Shown piece after piece: positions 1-11,204 of a stretch of 58,167 nucleotides of DNA. This DNA is from Macrostomum lignano (lineage: Eukaryota): assembly GCA_002269645.1 (NCBI GenBank), contig NIVC01000454.1, forward strand, positions 1 to 58,167, read 5' to 3'. Positions within the stretch are counted from its first letter, which is position 1; each line of letters begins with the position of its first letter. Made by a program: the position numbers and the translations under genes. Under the pieces are notes generated by a model. It ran no database searches. It saw only the letters and a program-made list of their open reading frames with translations, and had not been told where the DNA came from.

Positions 1-257
1 AGCAGCGCTACCAGGTTTACTTGGAGGCCGAGGCCGAGCTGGGCCGCCTGAGACACTCCAGGCACTGCGCGCAGGCGCTGCTGTCTTCGCCGACAGCGTC
101 CGGGTCCGCAGCGGCCGCCTCCGTGCTGACCGAAGCTGCTGAGGTCGATTGACGGCCTGCCCGAGCAGCTTCGACTGCGGGAGCTGCTGCTGGACTTCGC
201 CCACGCCTGCGGACCTTTGATGAGGCCGCGCCCAGCCTGCTGAGCACCCTGCTGCAG
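1..257 (+). CDS. TBC1D16-like Rab-GAP, partial exon A (5' end outside window; frameshifted)
   Basis: LRELLLDFA..(F)DEAAPSLLSTLLQ resembles the TBC core, but reading through needs frame changes near 130-142 and 211-213. Donor GTGAGG at 258. Confidence 0.6.
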
Positions 258-282
258 GTGAGGGGATTGACTGGCATCAAAT

Positions 283-610
283 AGGATCTAACCGGTATCA
301 ACTAGGATCTAACCGTATCATCTAGGATCTAACCTGTATCATCTAGGATCTAACCGGTATCAACTAGGATCTAACCGGTATCATCTAGGATCTAACCTGT
401 ATCATCTAGGATCTAACCGGTATCATCTAGGATCTAACCTGTATCATCTAGGATCTAACCTGTATCATCTAGGATCTAACCTGTATCAATTAGGATCTAA
501 CCTGTATCATCTAGGATCTAACCGGTATCATCTAGGATCTAACCGGTATCATCTAGGATCTAACCGGTATCATCTAGGATCTAACCGGTATCAACTAGGA
601 TCGAACAGGT
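283..610. repeat. ~21-bp minisatellite (TATCATCTAGGATCTAACC[T/G]G), TBC intron
   Basis: About 15 near-identical tandem units. Confidence 0.95.
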
Positions 611-643
611 AACCTACAACCCAGGAAACGCTCCCTTTCGCAG

Positions 644-900
644 GTTCTGGACGACGACGTGGAAGCCTTCTGCTGCCTCCGCCTGCTGGTCTCTGACGGC
701 TTCCTGCTGCGCTCTGAGCAGCAGCTTGACTCGGACCTGGCCTGCCTCAGCGAGCTGCTCCGCCTGCTCAAGCCGGAATTCCAGGCCGTCTACGACCGGC
801 CCGCGGATCTCGGCTTCGCCAGGCGCTGGCTGACCGCCTGCTTCCTCTGGGAGTTCCCGCTGGACGAGGCGCTGGCCGTGTGGGAGGCCTGCTTCTGCAG
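644..900 (+). CDS. TBC1D16: TBC1D16-like Rab-GAP exon B
   Basis: CAG acceptor 641-643, donor GTGGGT 901. Encodes VLDDDVEAFCCLRLLV..L..LL..P.F......F.RRWL...FLWEFPLDEALAVWEAC, the TBC domain C-terminal half. Confidence 0.8.
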
Positions 901-941
901 GTGGGTGACTCTGGTGCCGTTTTTAGTAGTTTTTTGCAGAT

Positions 942-1520
942 TATTGACTGCCAGTGACAATTGACTGTCAGTGAAAATTGACTGCCAGTGACAATTGACT
1001 GTCAGTGAAAATTGACTGCCAGTGACAATTGACGGTCAGTGACAATTGACTCTCAGTGACAATTGACTGTCAGTGACAATTGTCTGCCAGTGACAATTGA
1101 CTGTCAGTGACAATTGACTGTCAGTGACAATTGACTGTCAGTGACAATTGTCTGTCAGTGACAATTGACGGTCAGTGACAATTGACTCTCAGTGACAATT
1201 GACTGTCAGTGACAATTGTCTGCCAGTGACAATTGTCTGCCAGTGACAATTGACTGTCAGTGACAATTGACTGTCAGTGACAATTGTCTGTCAGTGACAA
1301 TTGACTGTCAGTGACAATTCCTGACATTGCTGCCAGTGACAATTGACTGTCAGTGACAATTGACGCCAGTGACAATTGACTTTCAGTGACAATTGACTGT
1401 TAGTGACAATTGACTGTCAGTGACAATTCCTGACATTGCTGCCAGTGACAATTGACTGTCAGTGACAATTGTCTGTCAGTGACAATTGACTGTCAGTGAC
1501 AATTCCTGACATTGCTACCA
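942..1520. repeat. 17-bp minisatellite (CAGTGACAATTGACTGT), TBC intron
   Basis: More than 30 tandem units. Confidence 0.95.
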
Positions 1521-1548
1521 GTCAATCCCTGCTGAACTCGCACTGCAG

Positions 1549-1887
1549 GTACGCCACTGCCAGCTTCCAGCTGTTCCTCTGCGCCGCTCTGATCGACCTG
1601 TACGGCGACTTTTGCCTGGAGAAGCGGCTGCCGGCCACCGAGGCCGCCGCCTACTTCGCCCAGCTGTCCGGCGGAGTCGACTCCGACCAGCTGCTGCGCC
1701 GGCGCGCCAACTTCTGCGCCAATTCCGGCGCCTACAGCGGGTGCCGTGCCGGTTGGCGCCGCTATGCCGTGGCGCGCCGCGCGGCATGTGGGACTCCTGC
1801 CCGGGCCCGGGCTCGCCTGCCCGCCGGAGCCGCACGACTGCGGACTGCCGCAGTGAGTCGCCGCGCCGCGCTCGAGCGGCGCCTTGA
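1549..1887 (+). CDS. TBC1D16: TBC1D16-like Rab-GAP last exon (1-nt frameshift at ~1701)
   Basis: Acceptor CTGCAG 1543-1548, phase consistent with exon B. FQLFLCAALIDLYGD...ARQLLRQFRRLQRVPCRL...GMWDS matches the recalled TBC1D16 tail (FHLFICVAIVAIYGD...ARSLLYQF...IPCSL...GMWDS). Confidence 0.75.
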   Translation, partial: VRHCQLPAVPLRRSDRPVRRLLPGEAAAGHRGRRLLRPAVRRSRLRPAAAPARQLLRQFRRLQRVPCRLAPLCRGAPRGMWDSCPGPGSPARRSRTTADCRSESPRRARAAP

Positions 1888-1900
1888 AGTGTCGGTCTGG

Positions 1901-1914
1901 GTCGCCATAGCAAC
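1901..1914. promoter_or_regulatory. RFX X-box consensus match GTCGCCATAGCAAC
   Basis: Exact match to GTYNCYATRGNAAC. Function untested. Confidence 0.4.
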
Positions 1915-2034
1915 AACTTGCTGACCTTGACAATGATTTTTTACCAAGGAAACGAGTTTGTAATTTTAGCAACAGGTTGTCTACTTTTGCAATGTGTTGC
2001 CTAGCATAGCATGCTTGTCAAAACTTTGAAAACA

Positions 2035-2325
2035 CGTTGTTTACTATAGCAACGGGTTGTTCACCTTAGCAACGGATTGATTACCTTAGTAATGGGTTGA
2101 TGGGTTGACCTTAGCAACTGGTTAAATTACCTTAGCAACTGGTTGATTACCTTAGCAACGGGTTGATTACATTAGCAACTGGTTGATTATCTTAGCAATG
2201 GGTTGATTATCTTAGCAATGGGTTGATTACCTTAGCAACTGGCTGATTACCTTAGCAACTGGTTGATTACCTTAGCAACGAGTTGATTACCTTAGCAACT
2301 GATTGATAACCTTTTTATCTTAGCA
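2035..2325. repeat. 20-bp minisatellite (GGTTGATTACCTTAGCAAC[T/G])
   Basis: About 13 tandem units. Confidence 0.9.
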
Positions 2326-3133
2326 ATGTCTTTCTTAACAAACGCATTTTACCTTAGCTTACCTGGACTATTTTATTATAGCTTGAAACAGCATTAAATT
2401 AGAGATGAGCGCCGTCACTAAGGTAAACAACAGCTGTTGCGATGTCTGCGTTTTTCTTTTTTAGCCATTTTTTACAAAAGAATTCGAGATCTCTAGGTAT
2501 TCAATACCTGTTAGCTGCGTGAGGACTTGATCAAATCCGCTAGCTTTTTTATTCCTGATAGTCACTAAAACAAAAACGGGTTTTTTTCCGTGAAGTTTGA
2601 ATTCGAATTTTATAGTTAATTTTTTGTTGCTCTTGGCTGTTGTGTCCCGAATTAGTTGAATTTGTAATTCTGTCTCTTAGCTGTTCTTATCTCTGCATGG
2701 CTAGTTACATTTTTAAGATAAATCAAATTTTATTAGGAATCAATTTTTTAGTAACAAAGACTGCCTGCTCCGTCTAGGCGGATGCGGACTGTTCAGAGTC
2801 TGACTATTTTTTGTTTTAATCAACTCGAACCTGCCCTGTCGCACAGCCGGCCCCCTTTTTTGGGGCCTTTTTTTGCCGCAAGCTTTTTTGTGTACTTCTA
2901 GTCTGGTCCATTTTAACTGTCCATTCAGATTTATTTAGCAAGGCATCAACTACATTGTTCGCTATTCTCTCGCGGCGGCTCTGACTGTGTGTCTCTGGTG
3001 CCAAAGCAGCTCCGCATCTTGCTTTTTTCTGCTGCCGTTCTAGTGCGCTCGTGCCCCAACTTCTGGTATCCCGGCATGCTGATCTTTGAGTAACTCCAAC
3101 TCCCAGGAGACTGGCGTGTAGCGGCGGATTGTA

Positions 3134-3652
3134 AGCGGTGTCCCGCTGAAGAACTGCAGGGGTAGCGGTGAAGGGGGTAGCGGTGTCCCGCTGAAGTGTG
3201 AAGGGGGTAGCGGTGTCCCGCTGAAGTGTGAAGGGGGGTAGCGGTGTCCCGCTGAAGGGTGAAGAGGGGTAGCGGTGTCCCGCTGAAGGGTAAAGGGGGG
3301 TAGCGGTGTCCCGCTGAAGGGTGAAGGGGGTAGCGGTGTCCCGCTGAAGTGTGAAGGGGGTAGCGGTGTCCCGCTGAAGGGTGAAGAGGGGTAGCGGTGT
3401 CCCGCTGAAGGGTAAAGGGGGGTAGCGGTGTCCCGCTGAAGGGTAAAGGGGGGTAGCGGTGTCCCGCTGAAGGGTAAAGGGGGGTAGCGGTGTCCCGCTG
3501 AAGGGTAAAGGGGGGTAGCGGTGTCCCGCTGAAGGGTGAAGAGGGGTAGCGGTGTCCCGCTGAAGGGTGAAGAGGGGTAGCGGTGTCCCGCTGAAGGGTG
3601 AAGAGGGGTAGCGGTGTTCCGCTTAAGAGTGGGGGGGGGGGGTAGCGGTATC
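3134..3652. repeat. 30-31-bp GC-rich minisatellite (GGGGGTAGCGGTGTCCCGCTGAAGGGTAAA)
   Basis: Tandem units visible directly. Confidence 0.95.
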
Positions 3653-4500
3653 CCACGGAAGAACTGCAGGGCTGTGGGGGCGGTGACCTACGGCAGTAAA
3701 AAGTGCAGCCAAATTCCCGCTGCGCAAGGCAGCGATATGAAAGTAGGTTTCCTATTGTTCTCCTAGCCGATCCCGGATGGCCCGGAGAGGCTGAACCCGT
3801 TCCCGTTGAATGAATGAATGCTTTGTTTTTTTGTTATTCTGTTATCGTCCCGACACTGAGCTGCTAGATGCTATCCGGTGTGACTTCTCTGTTGGCAGGC
3901 AGTTGGGTATGTTGTGTTCGTGCGCCCTTGTTTTCGTACAAACCCCCTTTGCGGCGGAGACAAATACACGCTGGAAGTCGCACCGTGTCAGGTGTAGCAT
4001 TTCTCAGGCCTTTCACCGTGTTGCTCATTCGCTTTCATTGATGGAGGCGGTGGAAAAGTACAGCATGGGCTAAATATGGCATTTTTGTGGGGAACTCTGG
4101 CTAGGATGGCGAGCAGCTGGGGGGACTGTTGAGTTTGGAGTGCGGCAGCAGCTCGTCTCTAATTTTGTTGACAGGCGCTCCCGGCTAAATATGGCTCAGG
4201 CTGCACTTGAGTCGGGGGTGATGGATGGTGCACATTGTTTCACTTCCCTTCCCTGCCCTACTCGGCATTGCCCCATTATTAGTCTAAAGGGGGTGGGTTG
4301 AGGGGTGAGGAGCGACTCGCTGTCTTGCTGCTTTCTTACCTTTTTTGTCCCACTTTCTTGCCACCCAGCTCCGGGTGAGCGCATTGTCTCTGCCGTGTCC
4401 ATATTTGGCAATGTTTGCTTCTGCAGAAGTTTTTTGCTGTATTTGCAAACAGCTTTACCTGTGTTAATTTCTGTGCCAGTTCTAATGACAGTAGCCGTAA

Positions 4501-5445
4501 TATGACCTGGCAGTGGCAGGTGTTAATTGCTGGCTTTATGACCTGGCAGTGGCAGGTGTTAATTGCTGGCTTTATGACCTGGCAGTGGCAGGTGTTAATT
4601 GCTGGCTTTATGACCTGGCAGTGGCAGGTGTTAATTGCTGGCTTTATGACCTGGCAGTGGCAGGTGTTAATTGCTGGCTTTATGACCTGGCAGTGGCAGG
4701 TGTTAATTGCTGGCTTTATGACCTGGCAGTGGCAGGTGTTAATTGCTGGCTTTATGACCTGGCAGTGGCAGGTGTTAATTGCTGGCTTTATGACTTAACA
4801 GTTCCAGGTGTTAATTGCTGGCTTTATGACCTGGCAGTGGCAGGTGTTAATTGCTGGCTTTATGACTTAACAGTTCCAGGTGTTAATTGCTGGCTTTATG
4901 ACCTGGCAGTGGCAGGTGTTAATTGCTGGCTTTATGACTTAACAGTTCCAGGTGTTAATTGCTGGCTTTATGACCTGGCACTGGCAGGTGTTAATTGCTG
5001 GTTTTCTGACCTGGCAGTGGCAGGTGTTAATTGCTGGCTTTATGACCTGGCAGTGGCAGGTGTTAATTGCTGGCTTTATGACTTAACAGTTCCAGGTGTT
5101 AATTGCTGGCTTTATGACCTGGCACTGGCAGGTGTTAATTGCTGCCTTTATGAACTGGCAGTGGCAGGTGTTAATTGCTGGCTTTATGACCTGGCAGTGG
5201 CAGGTGTTAATTGCTGGCTTTATGACTTAACAGTTCCAGGTGTTAATTGCTGGCTTTATGACCTGGCACTGGCAGGTGTTAATTGCTGCCTTTATGAACT
5301 GGCAGTGGCAGGTGTTAATTGCTGGTATTCTGACCTAGCAGTGGCAGGTGTTAATTGCTGGCTTTATGAACTGGCACTGGCAGGTGTTAATTGCTGGCTT
5401 TATGACCTGGCACTGGCAGGTGTTAATTGCTGGCTTTATGACTCA
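4501..5445. repeat. 36-bp minisatellite (ATGACCTGGCAGTGGCAGGTGTTAATTGCTGGCTTT)
   Basis: About 26 units; source of the spurious AGVNCWLYDLAV ORF. Confidence 0.95.
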
Positions 5446-5819
5446 GTGGCATAAAAAGATTGCGCACATCAAAAGCTTTTATCATATTCATGTTTTTGAT
5501 TCGCATAAATTAGCAAGCTCTTGTATTCGCTTTGTTATCTCTTCATGATTTTTGTGCGTTTATTGCCATGGCTCATTGCTTTTGACATTCGATTTGTAGC
5601 TCACGTGTGAGTGCTTGTTAGCTAGTAAATATATAATTGACCATTTGGTCAGCTTCTTTGTTTGAAGCCATCGCTTTTTTAGTTCTCATTTTTGCACTGC
5701 CTACAGTGATACGAGCGTAGCTAGATTGCGTGTGCATCAATTGTGCATATAGGACAGGGATTGCTTGTGAAATGTGTTGCACTGCAGATTCTGAAAAGGT
5801 TTGGTTACTCTGTATGGGT

Positions 5820-6915
5820 GAACCGTAAATGAGCAAAGTGAAGACCGTAAATAGGATAACAGGGACCGTGAACAGGCACAGCGGAGACCGTGAATAAGCA
5901 AACCAGGGACCGCGAACAGGCACAGCGGAGACCGTGAATAGGCAAACCAGAAACCGTGAATAGCAAACCACAGACTGTGAATAGGCAAACCAGAAACCGT
6001 GAATAGCAAACCACAGACCGTGAATAGGCAAACCAGAGACCGTGAATAGGCAAACCAGAGACTGTGAATAGGCACACCAGAGACCGTGAATAGGCAAGGC
6101 GGAGACCGTAAATGTAAATAGGCACAGCGGAGACCGTGAATAGGCAAACCAGAGACCGTGAATAGGCAAGGCGGAGACCGTGAATAGGCAAACCAGAGAC
6201 CGTGAATAGGCAAACCAGAGACTGTGAATAGGCAAGGCGGAGACCGTGAATAGGCAAACCAGAAACCGTGAATAGCAAACCACAGACCGTGAATAGGCAA
6301 ACCAGAAACCGTGAATAGCAAACCACAGACCGTGAATAGGCAAACCAGAGACCGTGAATAGGCAAACCAGAGACTGTGAATAGGCACACCAGAGACCGTG
6401 AATAGGCAAGGCGGAGACCGTAAATGTAAATAGGCACAGCGGAGACCGTGAATAGGCAAACCAGAGAGCGTGAATAGGCAAACCAGAGACCGTGAATAGG
6501 CAAACCAGAGACCGTGAATAGGCAAACCAGAGACCGTGAATAGGCAAACCAGAGACCGTGAATAGGCAAACCAGAGACCGTTAATAGGCAAACCAGAGAC
6601 TGTGAATAAGCAAACCAGAGACCGTGAATAGGCAAACCAGAGACCGTGAATAGGCAAACCAGAGACCGTGAATAGGCAAACCAGAGACCGTGAATAGGCA
6701 AACCAGAGACTGTGAATAGGCAAACCAGAGACCGTGAATAGGCAAACCAGAGACCGTGAATAGGCAAGGCGGAGACCGTGAATAGGCAAACCAGAGACCG
6801 TGAATAGGCAAACCAGAGACCGTGAATAGGCAAACCAGAGACTGTGAATAGGCAAACCAGAGACCGTGAATAGGCAAACCAGAGACTGTGAATAGGCAAA
6901 CCAGAGACCGTTAAT
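5820..6915. repeat. 22-bp minisatellite (GTGAATAGGCAAACCAGAGACC)
   Basis: Tandem units with degenerate left edge. Confidence 0.95.
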
Positions 6916-7408
6916 AGGCGAGCACGGGAGCACGTTATTTCTCCCTACGATATTCCCGCATCTTCTAATTTCTGCGGGAAAAGTTCCGCATCTGTCTAGG
7001 CCACCCCCATTTTTATAAATAGAAGAAAAGAATGTTGAGCCATGCAGGGCAGACAAAAAGAGCCGAGTTCTGAAAGAAAAAGGCAGATAGACGAGAGGAA
7101 ATTATTAGTTTGCGCAGACTCTGCTACACAAGCCTGCGCCAGTGACAGTGTGGGTTGATAGCCTAGCAGCAGGGGCGGTCCTCTCCATCCCTGCCGTCCC
7201 GTTCGTGACTGAGCTGGGGGGCGGCCCCGAGTTCGAAACTCGCCGAACGGGGGCGGCATTGCAATAAAAATAGAAGAAGTTCGCCCGGCCTGATTGATGG
7301 CTGATGAACTAGCTAATAGCTCAAGTTCGCTCGCGTGCATGCGGCTCCGATTGCAGCTGCTCCCGAGGCGTGTAGTTCTGAATTTCAGTATATGTGAAGT
7401 GGAGGCAG

Positions 7409-8770
7409 CATCAGTTTACTCCAGAGTGTGGCTGTGAAACTCCATGGCTTGAGCATCGATCAGTTTACTCCAGAGTGTGGCTGTGAAACTCCATGGCTTG
7501 AGCATCGATCAGTTAACTCCAGAGTCTGGTTGTGAAACTCCATGGCTTGAGCATCGATCAGTTAACTCCAGAGTGTGTTTGTGAAACTCCATGGCTTGAG
7601 CATCGATCAGTTAACTCCAGAGTCTGGTTGTGAAACTCCATGGCTTGAGCATCGATCAGTTAACTCCAGAGTGTGGTTGTGAAACTCCATGGCTTGAGCA
7701 TCGATCAGTTAACTCCAGAGTGTGTTTGTGAAACTCCATGGCTTGAGCATCGATCAGTTAACTCCAGAGTCTGTTTGTGAAACTCCATGGCTTGAGCATC
7801 GATCAGTTAACTCCAGAGTGTGTTTGTGAAACTCCATGGCTTGAGCATCGATCAGTTAACTCCAGAGTCTGGTTGTGAAACTCCATGGCTTGAGCATCGA
7901 TCAGTTAACTCCAGAGTCTGGTTGTGAAACTCCATGGCTTGAGCATCGATCAGTTAACTCCAGAGTCTGGTTGTGAAACTCCATGGCTTGAGCATCGATC
8001 AGTTAACTCCAGAGTCTGGTTGTGAAACTCCATGGCTTGAGCATCGATCAGTTAACTCCAGAGTGTGTTTGTGAAACTCCATGGCTTGAGCATCGATCAG
8101 TTAACTCCATAGTCTGGTTGTGAAACTCCATGGCTTGAGCATCGATCAGTTAACTCCAGAGTGTGTTTGTGAAACTCCATGGCTTGAGCATCGATCAGTT
8201 AACTCCATAGTCTGGTTGTGAAACTCCATGGCTTGAGCATCGATCAGTTAACTCCAGAGTGTGGTTGTGAAACTCCATGGCTTGAGCATCGATCAGTTAA
8301 CTCCATAGTCTGGTTGTGAAACTCCATGGCTTGAGCATCGATAAGTTAACTCCAGAGTGTGTTTGTGAAACTCCATGGCTTGAGCATCGATCAGTTAACT
8401 CCAGAGTGTGTTTGTGAAACTCCATGGCTTGAGCATCGATCAGTTAACTCCAGAGTCTGGTTGTGAAACTCCATGGCTTGAGCATCGATCAGTTAACTCC
8501 ATAGTCTGGTTGTGAAACTCCATGGCTTGAGCATCGATCAGTTAACTCCAGAGTGTGGCTGTGAAACTCCATGGCTTGAGCATCGATCAGTTAACTCCAG
8601 AGTGTGGCTGTGAAACTCCATGGCTTGAGCATCGATCAGTTAACTCCAGAGTGTGGCTGTGAAACTCCATGGCTTGAGCATCGATCAGTTAACTCCAGAG
8701 TGTGGCTGGGAAACTCCATGGCTTGAGCATCGATCAGTTAACTCCAGAGTGTGGCTGTGAAACTCCATGG
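7409..8770. repeat. 49-bp minisatellite (CAGTTAACTCCAGAGTCTGGTTGTGAAACTCCATGGCTTGAGCATCGAT)
   Basis: Period 49 (e.g. 7501 to 7550), about 27 units. Confidence 0.95.
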
Positions 8771-9482
8771 CGCCATGGCAACACGAGATTAAACAGGCAG
8801 GCACGGGGGGTTGCTGCTCAACACGTTCACTTACTTTTTGCCTTCTCTTCCCAGGCGTTCTGAGTTTGGGATTTCCTTTTTTGGCCACTAGAATATGAAG
8901 AGGCCGGGCTGATTTTATCCACTGCCTGCCCCGCCCTGCCACAGCGAATGTCAAAGCAGCCCTCTGCTCTCCTTTTTTCTGCTGCTCAAAAGATTTCCTA
9001 ATAGCAGCGGCGGCGATGGGGTTGGGGATGAAATAAAAACATTTTTGTAGCTGGACATGGGATTTCGGGCAATGTCTATTTTTAGTATGCTGGGAGATTT
9101 CCTTATTTATCCAACACAAGGAAGCAAAGATATAAAATTTTCTTTGCCATGCGAGCCTGTTGTGGATATGCTTTATGTTTTATCAAAACTGCTCCATCAG
9201 TGATGTAGCTGCTGTCCTGCTTTCAAAGAGCGATTTTCCAAGAAAAGCTGTTGTTGCAAATCAAATGTTTCCTAAATTAGTTTTCAAGCACAAATGGCTT
9301 GCTACAATAGTTCTTAAAAAAGTGGGTTTCCTAGAAGAGGTCTAAAATGTGATGTGTTTCTTAGAAAGGACTTGTATATGTTTCTTAGAAAAGAACTCAA
9401 TCGGAAGCTCAGTATAACAAATATCTACAGTTCCTGAGAAAAAAGAGTACAGTTTTTTAAGCTTCATTTTCCGCTGGCCTTC

Positions 9483-10035
9483 ATGGAAGACCACGACAGC
9501 TTTCTAACTGCAGGTGGCAGTGGCTTCGGCGGCCATGTTGCCATGGCAACTGACCTCCTGCGCCGTCTGCCTGGCCGCCAGCAGCAGCTGCGCAGCCTCG
9601 ACGATCTTGGCGACGTCGTTGAGTTTTTCAGCGAGGTTTTCGCGCTCACCTGCCCGGAGGCCGCGACTTCCGTGCTTGACGAAGGCGGCGGCGCTGACGG
9701 TCTCGATAAACTGCGCGGCATCATCGACAGTCTGGCGGATGACGTCATCGGAGTGTCGCTGTCGCACATCCGGCCGAAGGACGTGCTGGCCCGGGACCGG
9801 ACCGCCGTCGGCAACCTGGTGGAGATTTTCCACGGCTTGGCCGAGTTCGCGCCCGACCTGGAGGCCGCCGCTGAGCCGCCGAGGACGTCAGCCATCGAGG
9901 CGGCGGTCGATGCGCGACCGCGTCCGCGTGCGGCTGCTGACGAGTTTCGGCCGGCAACGCCGCCGAGGCCGTCGGAGAATTCGACGCGGCAGCAGACATC
10001 AGCGGCGGCTGCGCGTATCGACTATGATAACCCTG
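9483..10035 (+). CDS. CEP95: Centrosomal protein CEP95-like exon 1 (5 exons, ~668 aa)
   Basis: [31 protein letters not shown] matches the recalled CEP95 N-terminus ([31 protein letters not shown]). Donor GTTAG 10036. The five exons sum to 2007 nt, in frame. Confidence 0.85.
9537..9550. promoter_or_regulatory. Perfect palindromic X-box GTTGCCATGGCAAC in CEP95 exon 1
   Basis: Exact RFX consensus, 54 nt downstream of the ATG at 9483. Confidence 0.5.
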
Positions 10036-10040
10036 GTTAG

Positions 10041-10590
<550 letters not shown>

Positions 10591-10620
10591 CGCAGGCCCA
10601 ACTAAATCGCCAACCCGCAG

Positions 10621-11082
10621 CCCCGGAGATGCCGCCCTCGTTGCGCCGCTCCTACGAGCAGCTGCACCGGCTGGCGGACCGGACGCTGCGCCTGTCCAGG
10701 GAGGCGGTCACCGCTCCGGCCCCGGCAGCCAGCCGACTGGAGGACGACTCGGAGGACAGCGACGCCGGAGACGAATTTCAGCGCGGCCAGCAGTTGCGTT
10801 GGCGTCGGGCTTCGGAGGGCGCCGAGTTCAGAAATGATAACACAGAGAGTGATGAAGCTCCAGACGATGCCGCTTCAGCTTCCGACGGTGGAGATTCCGG
10901 GGTTGGCGGCGGCGGCGGTGAGGGTGGCGGCCGAGGCGGCCTCTGCTGCGGCCTACCGGCCACATCGCCTCGCACCAGGCTTGCGGGCTACGCGGAGGAG
11001 CACGCGGTCCGGGTGGAGGAGGAGCGCCTGCGGCTGCGGCGGCTGCAGCGCGAGCGACAACTGCGGCTGGCTGCCGAGGCTG
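10621..11082 (+). CDS. CEP95: CEP95-like exon 2 (boundaries inferred by phase)
   Basis: Phase-1 acceptor CCGCAG 10615-10620 restores the frame ..[28 protein letters not shown]. Donor GTGGGC 11083. Confidence 0.65.
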
Positions 11083-11204
11083 GTGGGCGGGCCGACGGGG
11101 TTCGTGAAGCTGCTGTGGCTGCGTGCTGGGCGATGGGACTGAGAAATGAAAGACTGGGAGTCTCAGCCTTGGTGATGCAGAGCTGAGAGGCTGGACGAGG
11201 TGGA

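Noticed and set aside
2816-3150. Minus-strand peptide LERQQKKAR..RRERIA resembling a LINE RT C-terminus
   Set aside because: The similarity is too weak and short to call without a profile search.
4068-4195. 13-bp direct repeat GGCTAAATATGGC, CArG-like
   Set aside because: One mismatch to the CArG consensus and only two copies; no supporting context.
4415-7056. Long ORFs of 300-440 aa with repeated peptides (AGVNCWLYDLAV; GLPIHGLWFAYSRSLVCLFTVS)
   Set aside because: They are translations of 36-bp and 22-bp minisatellites that lack stops in some frames; there is no non-repetitive coding context.
7409-8770. Regular 44-49-bp repeat arrays resembling CRISPR (also 51055-53619)
   Set aside because: Units are head-to-tail with no unique spacers, there are no cas genes, and the context is eukaryotic.
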